Assembly (NCBI GenBank): GCA_964016885.1
Contig: OZ024742.1
Coordinates: forward strand, 293,632,001 to 293,696,000
Length of the DNA stretch: 64,000 nt
Direction: 5' to 3'
DNA from: Eledone cirrhosa
Taxonomy: Eukaryota
Positions within the stretch are counted from its first letter, which is position 1. Each line of letters opens with the position of its first letter. Below are positions 37,952-49,800 of the stretch, piece after piece. A program made the position numbers and the translations under genes. The notes under the pieces are model-generated. The model made no database searches. It was not told the origin of the DNA and saw nothing but the letters and a program-made list of their open reading frames with translations.

Positions 37952-39312
37952 GAATAGACCCTGGCATGAGTATATACAATACAATGTATCTTATATTTAC
38001 CTCCATCAAATTACAATAGCATAATTGAAACATTCTCCTTATATCTAAAAGTAATTTTTACACCTTTAATCTTCTATACAATTTCCCGAAATAAAATAAA
38101 TTTTAACACTCACTGATTCTGCCTGCTTTTACAACAAAAATAAAACATTGATTTTGTAACAAAGAAAACAGGAAAAAGTATGTCACTAAGTTACATTTAA
38201 TTGGTGTTAAATTAAATATCAAATTTATAGAATATTATTACAAGTGAAAACTAAAACTAGCTTTAAATAATAGTAATGTCTTTTGTTCTTTCTTTTTTTT
38301 ATTCAAGTGATTTATGAGTTTTTAATTAAAGAGTTGGTATAGTTCTGAAGCTCTACAGAAGCAGAATGTCAGCTTGATTTAAAAGACAGTTAATCTTTAA
38401 CTAAAGTCATTTGTTAGGGAAATGATACAGTCCAACACTTTTATAGAAATAGAGTAAGGAAGTGGTTGAGACACAAAGAGCAAATGTTACAGAAAAGGGA
38501 GAGGAAGGAGTTAAGATGAGGAACAGATATTGTAAAGAGAGAGGGGGAGTTAAGAAGAACAGATATTGTAAAGAAGGGAAAAGAAAAGGAAAAAAGGAGA
38601 AGATAAAGAGAAAGTGAACAAAGGAACAAAATATCTCAAAACACATCAGACAAAATTAACGAAAGACATTATCGTTATCTTCATCATTATTATTATGATC
38701 ATTTTTACATCAATTTTTCCATGTTGGCATGGGTTGGATGAGACTTTTTGAGGCATTAATCTACAGCTAGATTCCTTTCAGGACACCAACCCTCACATTT
38801 TTTCACCACTAAAATATAAGACATAAACATTTGTTAGTTTCTGTGAAGATATACACAGAGACAAACACACAAAAATGACAGGCATCCACACAGTTTCTGC
38901 CAACCAAATTTCACTCCTAAAACATTAGTCAAACTGAAGCTACAGTAGAAGGCCCTGTTGCAAAGTGCCATGCAATGGGATTAAACACAACACACCTATA
39001 AAATCATGTACAAGAATATATCAAATACCCAACAATAACTGTCTTAGCAATGTTAATGTACATCAATCTTACTTCTTCATTTCCCCTTTACTAATACTGT
39101 AAGGCTTCATTACTAACTATGATAGGATTTATTTCAATGTTTTATAAATCCTAGACCAAAACATACGATTCTGCCAGCGACATTTATTCTTAAGAAGTAA
39201 AGTAAGCATTGCTTACCTTATAACACATATAATATCCAATTATATCTAATAGTGTGGACTCAGCATGGACAAATGGTCAAGAAGTTTGCTTTGAAGTCAT
39301 TAAATCATGGAT

Positions 39313-40332
39313 ACTGCATGGCATTGTGAGCCAGTGCCAATTACTATAGCCTCCTGGGTCAACCTCACTGGATGGCATCTTGGGTCAACCCTGCTGCATG
39401 ACATTGTGAGCCAGTGTCAACTACCAAAGCCTCCTGGGTCAACCTCACTGCATGGCATCTTGGGTCAACCCTGCTGCATGACATTGTGAGCCAGTGTCAA
39501 CTACCAAAGCCTCCTGGGTCAACCTCACTGCATATGGCATCTTGGGTCAACCCCACTGCATGACATTGTGAGCCAGTGTCAACTACCAAAGCCTCCTGGG
39601 TCAACCTCACTGCATGGCATCTTGGGTCAACCCTGCTGCATGACATTGTGAGCCAGTGTCAACTACCAAAGCCTCCTGGGTCAACCTCACTGCATGGCAT
39701 CTTGGGTCAACCCTGCTGCATGACATTGTGAGCCAGTGTCAACTACCAAAGCCTCCTGGGTCAACCTCACTGCATGGCATCTTGGGTCAACCCTGCTGCA
39801 TGACATTGTGAGCCAGTGTCAACTACCAAAGCCTCCTGGGTCAACCTCACTGCATGGCATCTTGGGTCAACCCTGCTGCATGACATTGTGAGCCAGTGTC
39901 AACTACCAAAGCCTCCTGGGTCAACCTCACTGCATGGCATCTTGGGTCAACCCTGCTGCATGACATTGTGAGCCAGTGTCAACTACCAAAGCCTCCTGGG
40001 TCAACCTCACTGCATGGCATCTTGGGTCAACCCTGCTGCATGACATTGTGAGCCAGTGTCAACTACCAAAGCCTCCTGGGTCAACCTCACTGCATGGCAT
40101 CTTGGGTCAACCCTGCTGCATGACATTGTGAGCCAGTGTCAACTACCAAAGCCTCCTGGGTCAACCTCACTGCATATGGCATCTTGGGTCAACCTCACTG
40201 CATGGCATCTTGGGTCAACCTCACTACATGGCATCTTGGGTCAACCCTACTGCATGACATTGTGAGCCAGTGTCAACTACAAAAGCCTCCTGGGTCAACC
40301 TCACTGCATGGCATCTTGGGTCAACCCCACTG
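39313..40332 (+). repeat. 80-bp minisatellite, about 12-13 copies
   Basis: Unit ctgcatgacattgtgagccagtgtcaactaccaaagcctcctgggtcaacctcactgcatggcatcttgggtcaaccctg; central copies identical. Confidence 0.95.
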
Positions 40333-40564
40333 TATTCGTTCAAAAGGCCACACGGAATGGCATAGAAGGCCACATGCATCTTAAGACTGCAAGTTCCCCA
40401 TCTCTGGTTTAGTCAATCATATTGACCGCAGTACTTACTTAGTCAGGTGGTTGGTATTAGGAAGGACATCCAGCTGTAAAAACTGTTAAATATGAAACAT
40501 TTGAGGTCACTCCAACCTATCTGGTTTTGAACTGTGACAATGCAAGCATGGAGAGTGAACATGA

Positions 40565-40845
40565 AAATGATGACAATATGGCGACGATGATGGCGACGAT
40601 GACAATATGGTGACAATATGGTGACGATGATGGTGACGATGTTGGGACGATGACGGTGATGATGATGACGATGATGGTGACGATGATGGCGACGATGACG
40701 ACAATGATGGCGACAATGATGGTGACGGTGGCGATGATGACGATGTTGGGGATGATGATGTTAGGGACGATGACGGTGATGATGATAATGGTGACAATGA
40801 TGGTGGTGATGATGATAATGGTGACAATGATGGTGGTGATGATGA
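40565..40845. repeat. Degenerate (GAT/GAC/GGT)n trinucleotide tract (expanded RTE-type tail)
   Basis: Follows caatgcaagcatggagagtgaacatgaaaa, an RTE 3'-end-like motif; a similar tract lies at 63347-63690. Confidence 0.85.
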
Positions 40846-41151
40846 ATTGACCACATATCCTAGTCTTAATGTACCCATTATGAAAAGGCATTTCTGGTAG
40901 CAATAAATAAACATGAAAGCATTTTCAATAGAAAGTAAACTCATACATGAATGTATACTTGCCCCTCTCCACCCTGAAACACACATAGTTGAAACTAAAA
41001 GTAAGAGACCCTCCCAATAACTTCAGCCACACTTGAAAGACTATCAGCTAGCTATGCAAAACTGTTGACTCATAACTATTCAATAATATTCCTCTCTATT
41101 ATTGGTCTAATGTCATTCCTCTAAGTTTTCACACAATAGAGTTATAATAAT

Positions 41152-41337
41152 TGTTTCTACTTTTGGCACAAGGCCAGCAATTACCCAGTGCATTACTGGT
41201 ACTTTATTTTATCGACCCCGTAAGGATGAAAGGCAAAGTCAACCTCGGCGGGATTTGAACTCAGATCGTAAAGGGACGTAACTATGCTGGAAAGCATGGC
41301 GTCTGACCCTCTACCGATACTGCCAATCCACCGCCTT
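41152..41337 (-). mobile_element. SINE1, young copy with 19-bp TSD at the tail of a CR1 copy
   Basis: TSD acaatagagttataataat at 41133-41151 and 41338-41356; nearly identical to 1985-2165. Confidence 0.88.
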
Positions 41338-41348
41338 ACAATAGAGTT

Positions 41349-42088
41349 ATAATAATGAAAATATTGTGTACAGTGCTCAGGTGCACTACAACTCATCAAA
41401 GGTGCATGTATAGTACATAGAGTAATGTACAAACGTCAGGAAAATGAACAGTGCAAGAGTCATGATATACACATGTGTGCATGTGTATGGAAGGGGTACA
41501 TGAGGTGTAGTTTTGGCGAATTTTGGGAAGCATGAAGGTTTTAAAGGATGCAGTGTCTTGGCAGCTAACAACTGACGCAGGCAGTTTGTTCCATGCTTCA
41601 GCAACTCTGAGCGTGAAAAAATGTTTCCGAAAGTCATGGGAGCTGTGCTGTTTTCTGACTTTGTAGGCATGTCCACGTGTGTTAGACACATGGAGATCAA
41701 AAAGGTGCTCAGGGTTGTTGTTGGCGAGATGGTTAATAACTTTGTGGGTGTTTACCAAGTCCATTGCCAGACGTGGGAGCTTCAATGAATTCATGCCCAG
41801 GGAAGCGAAGCATTCAAAGTATGGTAGGTGTCTGATGGAGGGTATGCGCTTCATTGCATGTCTCTCAACAGTTTCCAGGAGGTCAATGTTCTGAGCAAGA
41901 TAGGGGTTCCAGACTGATGATGCGAATTCCAAGTGTGGTCGTACCATAGCTGTATACAGCTTTAAATAGTTGGCTGGAGAGCGGCTGACAAAGGTCTTGC
42001 TGAGTGATGCCAAGACACCCTCGACCTTCTTGACAATTTTAAAGATGTGCTTTGTCCAACGCAAATCGCTGCTGACAGTAATGCCCAG
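41349..42088 (-). mobile_element. 5'-truncated copy of the CR1-type LINE
   Basis: ORF 41396-42064 aligns with the C-terminus of 5951-7189 (VRPHLEFASSVWNPY, TRGHAYK, WNKLP) and has the same 3' UTR. Confidence 0.92.
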
Positions 42089-42873
42089 TTCTGTGATATT
42101 TTACCATAATGGGGAAACCAACAGCATCAGTTTTCATTCCATTCCATTTCAAGTTGCAGCTTATTCACACAAGCACAGATTTTACCTTTGTTTATATTCA
42201 ATATTAAGTAGTGCGTGTGTGTGTGTACACCATCTCAATCCGCCCCCACTTCCATTTACCGCCCATGTCCTAACACTCTGTCCCTCTCACACGCCCAAAT
42301 ACCAACCTCCCCAATCCACACACACCTCCCCCACCAAAGTCCCCAGCCCACACTGTAAAGTGGTCGTGATGGTGACACAATAAAAAGCAGCCAGCTCACT
42401 CTGCAATATGGTTGTGTAGGTGTCACAACAAAAATCACCCAGCCCACACTGTAAAGTGGTTGCGTAGGTATGACAATAAAAAGCACCAAGTACTCATGCT
42501 AAATGTGGTTGGTGCTAGGAAAGGCATCGAGTTGTAGAAATCAAGCCAAAATCAGTTCTGTATGAGCAAGACATGGTCACCTGAACTGGCATTTCTCACA
42601 ACAGGACAACTCGTCTAACCCATGCTAGCATGGAAAATGGACATTAAATGATGTTGATGATAATATATATATATATATATAAGAAAGAGTTGGAGCTCTT
42701 GGCATTTTGTCAGCTAGTTCCAGACCAGTTCAGCTGGTGGACCCAGGCTCTTTCTAATATAGTCACACTCTACTATCCCAAGTATCGAGTACTTTGTTGA
42801 ATAATTGTCTAACTAGTTTAATACTGGTTCAATCCTGATATACACACACACACACACACACACATACATGATA

Positions 42874-42904
<31 letters not shown>

Positions 42905-43321
42905 CAATTAATGGTAGCTGTAATAGTATATTTATGTCACTTATGTCATTGCTGTCACGTTATCTTAGTCATTCTCCCCCCCCCCCCTTCCTTCCTCTTC
43001 TCTCTCTCTCAACCTTTTTATACCAACCCAACCTAACCAAAACCGACTGATTCTATGAAAAAAAAAACATGCATATTCTTGCATGGTTTTATATTAGGTT
43101 AGTATCTTAGTAATTAAATAATTAATAATTTTAGTAAATCACACAAAATATTTCATTAATTAATTGAAATAATCATATGGTCACGAAAGAGTTAATTTAA
43201 ACTGAACTTTGTATATATTCCAGCTAATGGTAGCAGCAATAGTGATGTGTCACTATAGTCTGTTATATGCAGACTATACATACACTTTCATTATCATATT
43301 TCCAATGAAAGAAACTGCTTA

Positions 43322-44540
43322 GTCATTAACTCTTTCATAACCATATTTCTAATGAAAGGCACTGTCTATGTCATTACCCCTTTCCTTACCATATTTCTAA
43401 TGAAAGACATTACCTATGTCATTAACCCTTTCCTTACCATATTTCTAATGAAAGACATTACCTGTCATTAACCCTTTCACTACCATATTTCTAATGAAAG
43501 ACATTACCTGTCATTAACCCTTTCATTACCATATTTCTAATGAAAGACATTACCTGTCATTAACCCTTTCACTACCATATTTCTAATGAAAGACATTACC
43601 TGTCATTAACCCTTTCATTACCATATTTCTAATGAAAGACATTACCTGTCATTAACCCTTTCATTACCATATTTCTAATGAAAGATACTGCCTGTCATTA
43701 ATCCTTTCATTACTGTATTTCTAATGAAAGCCAGTCATCATCATTATCATCGTTTTACGTCCGCTTTTCCCTGTCTATGTCATTAACCCTTTCCTTACCA
43801 TATTTCTAATAAAAGACACTGTTTATGCCATTAACCCTTTCATTACGATATTTCTAATGAAAGACATTACCTATGTCATTAACCCTTTCCTTACCATATT
43901 TCTAATGAAAAACACTGTTTATTTCATTATCCCTTTCATTACGATATTTCTAATGAAAAACACTGTTTATGTCATTAATCCTTTCCTTACCATATTTCTA
44001 ATGAAAGACACTGTTTATGTCATTAACCCTTTCATTACGATATTTCTAATGAAAAACACTGTTTATGTCATTAACCCTTTCCTTACCATATTTCTAATGA
44101 AAGACACTGTCTATGTCATTATCCCTTTCCTTACCATATTTCTAATGAAAAACACTGTTTTTTGTCATTAACCCTTTCATTACGATATTTCTAATGAAAA
44201 ACACTGTTTATGTCATTAACCCTTTCCCTACCATATTTCTAATGAAAGACACTGTCTATGTCATTATCCCTTTCCTTACCATATTTCTAATGAAAAACAC
44301 TGTTTATGTCATTATCCCTTTCCTTACCATATTTCTAATGAAAAACACTGTTTATGTCATTAACCCTTTCCTTACCATATTTCTAATGAAAAACACTGTT
44401 TATGTCATTAACCCTTTCCTTACCATATTTCTAATGAAAAACACTGTTTATGTCATTATCCCTTTCCTTACCATATTTCTAATGAAAGAAACTGCCATTA
44501 TCCCTTTCCTTACCATATTTCTAATGAAAGAAACTGCCTA
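43322..44540 (+). repeat. 44/48-bp minisatellite (~25 units) built from a piggyBac-MITE terminus
   Basis: Unit ttaaccctttccttaccatatttctaatgaaaaacactgtttatgtca (48 bp; 44-bp variant in the 5' part); interrupted at ~43733-43772 by an RTE tail fragment. Confidence 0.93.
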
Positions 44541-45079
44541 TTATTTTCAAATCATATTAGAAATAATTAAGAATTAATCTAGTGTTTAGAAATCTAACTA
44601 ACTTTAGTTCTTTGTGTTCTGAGTTCAAATCTTACTGTGGTCTACTTTTGTGCTATACTTAATCCATCACCTACTTTAACACCTCCACTGGCCCTTTTAG
44701 CAATCATTTTGACACAGCTGGAGGATAACTGCCTCTCTCCTACCGAGACCCTGACTTCCAGTCTCAGTGATTGTGACTAAACTAAAAAAACAAAAATCCC
44801 TACTTAAAACCATTCTCAGAGGCGCTGAAAAGAGTCATGGGCACTGCCTTTCTCTCCCTGACAATAACAAAAAGAAAAAAAAGAACTATTTAAAACTACT
44901 GAGAAAATTCTGTGAAGTAAAACCTATGAGTTCTGACTTACTGTATCTCTTTATCTGTAAAGTAAAAGTATAAAGTTCAGTTTACATAAACAGAAGGAAT
45001 TATTAAGTTAACTAAAGATAACATGTGACAAAAATGACATAACCACACCCCTACTACTGTTACCATTAGTTAGTATCTA

Positions 45080-45277
45080 TGAGGGTGGACTGAAAAGTTC
45101 ATAGGTTCACTATGAAGGAGTGATGCTAGAGCTGTGAAATGTTGCATGCATGAATTTCAACTTTTCTTATTAGTAACTGCATTGTTTCTTTCCAGGGACT
45201 ATGTTGAAAATGAAACCTCATTTGGTCATTCCACAAGAGTACCTTGGTCAGCCTATGAACTTTTCAGCCAACCCTCG
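45080..45277. mobile_element. Mariner-type MITE
   Basis: TA-tgagggtggactgaaaagttcatagg ... cctatgaacttttcagccaaccctcg terminal inverted repeats (~27 bp). Confidence 0.75.
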
Positions 45278-45518
45278 GTTACAAAGTTCTGCTTATCATT
45301 AGCAGAGGGAGTGACTAAGATAACATGACATCAGTCACATAAATATACTACCATACCAACATTAGGTGAAATATATACTAAGTCTAATTTACACAATGAA
45401 GGTGCATGGCTTAGTGGTTATAGGGTTCAGCTGAGGATTGCAAGATAATGAGTTCAATTCCAGCAGATATTGAGTTCTAATAGGGTTATAAGTCCCAGCT
45501 TATTTGAATAGAATATTA

Positions 45519-45553
<35 letters not shown>

Positions 45554-45558
<5 letters not shown>

Positions 45559-46418
45559 GGAAAAAAAATGAAACGAAATTTCATTTCCCACTCTTAGTAC
45601 GGCTGTTGCTTAAATATAAGTATGTACACGTACATACATATATGTATATAGACATACAGTAGTATGTATATATATATATATATACATGCACACATATATA
45701 TATGTACGTATGGATTCATCAAACATTTATTATAATGCTCGGTGTGTCTGTAAACAAACATCCCGTATTAAGCCGTAGTGTCCAGCCACCATCGTTGCTC
45801 GTTTGTTCAACACTGACAAAGGAACGCTGTACTAGTTTCAAGCTTATTAGCTATCGATGTTTGTTTACAAACACACCGAGCATTATAATAAATGTTCGGT
45901 GAATCCATACGTACATATATATATGTGTGTATGTATATATATATACATACTACTGTACATCTGTATACATATATGTATGTACGTATACATACATATATTT
46001 AAGTAACAGCCGTACTAAGAGTGGGAAATGAAATTTTGTTTCATTTTTTTCCATTTATTGTTTTCGGTGGACCCGACCGATTAACCCACTTGATATGCAA
46101 ATTGGGCTACTCAGCCGTTAATACACATAAGGTAAGTATATACGTTCAACAATCTGGCAGGAAGGTATACGTTGCTAACGATAGCTAATAAGCTTGAAAC
46201 TAGTACAGCGTTCCTTTGTCAGTGTTGAACAAACGAGCAACGATGGTTGCTGGACACTACGGCTTAATACGGGATGTTTGTTTACAAACACACCGAGCAT
46301 TATAATAAATGTTCGGTGAATCCATACGTACATATATATATGTGTGCATGTATGTATATATATATACATACTACTGTACGTCTATATACATATATGTATG
46401 TACGTGTACATACTTATA
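45554..46418 (+). mobile_element. (TA)n-flanked element: inverted copy followed by ~1.35 tandem copies of a 417-bp unit containing a hammerhead-like motif
   Basis: 45554-45762 is inverted relative to 45856-46057; 45614-45856 is inverted relative to 46179-46418; gatgtttgtttacaaacacaccgagc recurs at 45856 and 46273. Confidence 0.82.
46169..46211 (+). ncRNA. Minimal type I hammerhead motif with G5A substitution
   Basis: RNA ACGUUG-CUAACGA-U AGCU AAUA AGCU U-GAAA-CUAG-UA-CAGCGU: 6-bp stem I, palindromic ACUAGU stem III, GUA cleavage triplet. Confidence 0.65.
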
Positions 46419-46554
46419 TATATATATATATATATATATAAGCAAAAGGGATATTTAATTTATTGGTAATTCAACAAATATAAATGTTTATAACTGATTC
46501 GAAGCACTCGACAAGTTTTCTGGAGTATAATATTAAATAAATGGAAACTATATT

Positions 46555-46615
46555 TATTCTATTATATATATTTCAAGAGTACCAAAACTTTGGTACGCTC
46601 TCATCAGATAAAATA
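46555..46615 (-). ncRNA. Minimal type I hammerhead ribozyme motif (minus-strand copy)
   Basis: RNA UAUUUUAU-CUGAUGA-GAGCGUACCAA AGUU UUGGUACUCUU-GAAA-UAUAUA-UA-AUAGAAUA. Confidence 0.8.
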
Positions 46616-46752
46616 CAAAGTTTGTTTTATAAATATTGACATATCCAGGAAGGAGATCTTAACGGTTCAAGTTTTTCCTGGATAGTAAAGGAAAAACTTG
46701 AACCATTAAGATCTTCTTCCTGGATATGTCAATATTTATAAAACAAACTTTG

Positions 46753-46813
46753 TATTTTATCTGATGAGAGCGTACCAAAGTTTTGGTACCCTTGAAATAT
46801 ATATAATAGAATA
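46753..46813 (+). ncRNA. Minimal type I hammerhead ribozyme motif (plus-strand copy)
   Basis: RNA UAUUUUAU-CUGAUGA-GAGCGUACCAA AGUU UUGGUACCCUU-GAAA-UAUAUA-UA-AUAGAAUA; 8-bp stem I, predicted AUA cleavage after 46805. Confidence 0.8.
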
Positions 46814-46853
46814 AATATGGTTTTATAAATATAGTTTCCATTTATTTAATATC

Positions 46854-46896
<43 letters not shown>

Positions 46897-49800
46897 CATC
46901 CAGCCTGAAACAAATGAGGTCGTGTAGGTGTCACGACAAAAAAACAGACAGTCCACGCTGTAATGTGGCCGTGTAGGCAACACAGTAAAAACCTCCCAGT
47001 TCCACACTGTAAATGTGGTTGGTGTTAGGAAGGGCATCCAGACGTAGAAAACCCGCCAGACAGTCCTATGCGAGCAAGACAACCACTCTTGCCTCTAGTG
47101 GGAAAACTCCCGTCCAAACCCATGCAAGCGTGGAATATGGACGTTAAACGATGATGATGATGATATATATAGAGAGGGGGGGGGGGCACAGCCCCACTGG
47201 AGATGGCCTTCTATTGGGACTATACCATATATCTATCTATTTTATACCTCTACAACTAAGAACCAACCTGATTCTCTGTCTTCCTGGTCTTTGAACTATG
47301 AACAATTCATATACAAGTGTGTGTATCTTTACAGTATATGTGTATGTTTCCTATATCTTAACAGTTAAACAAAAGGAATCAATAAAATAAGTACCAAATT
47401 TGGAAAAATAAGTACTAGGGTCAATATGATTGACTAAATTTCTTCAAGATAGTGCTCCAGTAGTATCACTTCAGGCTATTAACTAAAACCAGTAAAAGAA
47501 TATATGATTTAACATTGTTGATAGCTGAAGGTTCTGAGGACTGTGTGAAAAAAACAACAAAAAACCAGTGGTGGTGTATGTTATAAAAATCAATATAACA
47601 GTGAAAAGATTACACAATAGTTTGATAAAGAAGTATTCTAAACATTGCTTCTATTCCATTTCAATACTGCTCCGATACTATGACTATTCCAGTTCCCTGA
47701 GACCAATATCTACCAATCTACTATCTAAAACTATGTCTGTTTTACTAAGTTTTCTCTGCACCAGTAATCAATAGTCAAATACTAACAATATTCACTCAGC
47801 TATATCTCTTCACAGTATCATAACACTTCCATCTTGTTGCAGACAATATTAAATAGTTCCGATATATAAGTATTATTTAACCATTTCCAACGTCTTCCTC
47901 CAATAAGTTATAGAAAAACCAAATTTAATATGATGAAGTTGGTCAGCATGAAACAATCACAAACTTTACTGCAGTAATTTCATTGGTTTCTCCTTATATT
48001 GCTCAGATGGGAAATGTTGTTGTTTTTGTTGTTGTTGTTCTAAATACTTAGTTGATTGATGTAACAGTGGAACAAAATGTATGAAAGAACCGAGATCTTT
48101 GATATGAAAAAAGTGTTGGCATGGCTATCTGGTTTAGAAGTTTCATTTGCAACCACATGGTTTTAGGGCTTGATCCTGTTGCACAGCACCTTGGGCATGT
48201 GTCTTCTACTATTTCTTTGGGCTGACCAATGCTCCTTATGACTGAATTTAGTAGACAGAAACTGTGAAGAAGCCTGTCAGCCTGTTGTATGTCTGTGTGT
48301 GTGTGTGTGTGTCTTTCTGCGTCCTTTTCTCAAAAGTTTATAGAAATCTGATTTTCTTTATTAACAATATACCCTAGCTACCTGGTGTGATGAAGATGAG
48401 TGGAGTGGTACATTCCATACTTATAAATAAACTATGGGTTTAGCATAGTAGAGCATCCAGATGTAGGAAAAACAAACATAAAAATGATGATGAAACTAGT
48501 AATAGCATATCTATAACACCTAATTTAAAATACTTAGTATCTTCTTTTGAGGAAATTTACATAATAGAATTTAAAGAGAAGATGACATTGAAACAAGGTT
48601 TGAAAACTGCAATTTTTCCTGTTGTAATCCATGCCTTCTAATCTAGAAAGCTCTCAAGGGATCATATGATCAGAGGTTATGGAGTGTATTCTTGTTTAGT
48701 CCTATGTTTATTCTCATCAGGCTGAATTATGATCAAAATTCTTCTTCGACTCTGCTAAAAGCCCCTAAGGACCAGATAAAGTTGAACTATGCAAATGAAT
48801 TACATTTCCCATCTAAGAACATATACAATCAACCCAGAATTTTTGTGAAACCAATTACACTTCTACAGTTGGGGTCACTATAGTATGACCATCAACTTAT
48901 GAAAGCCTACTCTCAGATCCCCAATAATATGGGGAGGGGGGGAATCGGTAAATTTTCTAAGTTATCTCTCTTGGGTCTTTTTAAAAACCAGAATTAGTCG
49001 TTTAGTTTACATATTGTGATCCCAACTCATCCTATTTATTTCATAAAGTATGGGATTTCTAGTACTGTTATTTTACTGTTATTTTTTAGTAATTTTTTAA
49101 TGTATAAAGAAAATTAATTGTCACAGGAATGCTACCACTTAAAATAAAAAATTTCACCAAAGTTTAATAAAGAGGGGAGTTGAAATAAGATGGGGGGAGG
49201 GGGCTCTGAAAAATCAATGAGGGGGAACAATTATTCGAGAGAACCATCTTGGGTCAAACCTATGGTTCTACAATACAAAACTGCTTTATTTAAATTATAT
49301 TACAAACACCAGCTTAATAATGAAAAAGTTAATTATATTCTATTACAAAATTTCTCCAAATTCTTGATTATTTTTTAATTTATTTGAAACTCATAGGCAG
49401 TGTCTTTCAGTAGATATTTAATAAATGTAGCGAAATTGAGCTTGGAACTAAATAATTGTGAAGTGAACATCTTAACCACAGAGCCATGTCTGCATCCAAT
49501 GTATGATGTCCATAGTCCATAGCAAATACCAGTAATATGCTTAACAACTTGCTAATAAAAGCTTACCATTCATATTTGAATAAGATGTGTATGTTGGCAC
49601 TAAATGTAGCAGTTAACTAAACATCTCCCACCTACTTTGTAACAATACTTCTACTTGAAACTAATTAAGCTTTCTTAGGAGCAGACATTATGTATGTATG
49701 TGTAATCTCTCCATCAACCTTTTCTCAGCAGATCTTCCTCTTCAACACTTCACTGTTGGCACCATTATCCTTATGATTTCACTCTTGTAAAGCCATTGTT

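Larger units (their letters stand above)
46441..46859. mobile_element. (TA)n-flanked fold-back element; palindrome 46530-46852 with a 9-nt loop
   Basis: Arms 46530-46679 and 46689-46852 match apart from three transitions and one short indel. Confidence 0.88.

Noticed and set aside
39313-40332. CRISPR-like appearance of the regular arrays (also 43322-44540 and 19011-19160)
   Set aside because: Units are head-to-tail with no unique spacers, there are no cas genes, and the context is eukaryotic.
43857-44577. ORFs with a 16-aa repeat MKNTVYVINPFLTIFL
   Set aside because: By-product of the 48-bp minisatellite; the 44-bp units break frame and there is no splice or homology support.
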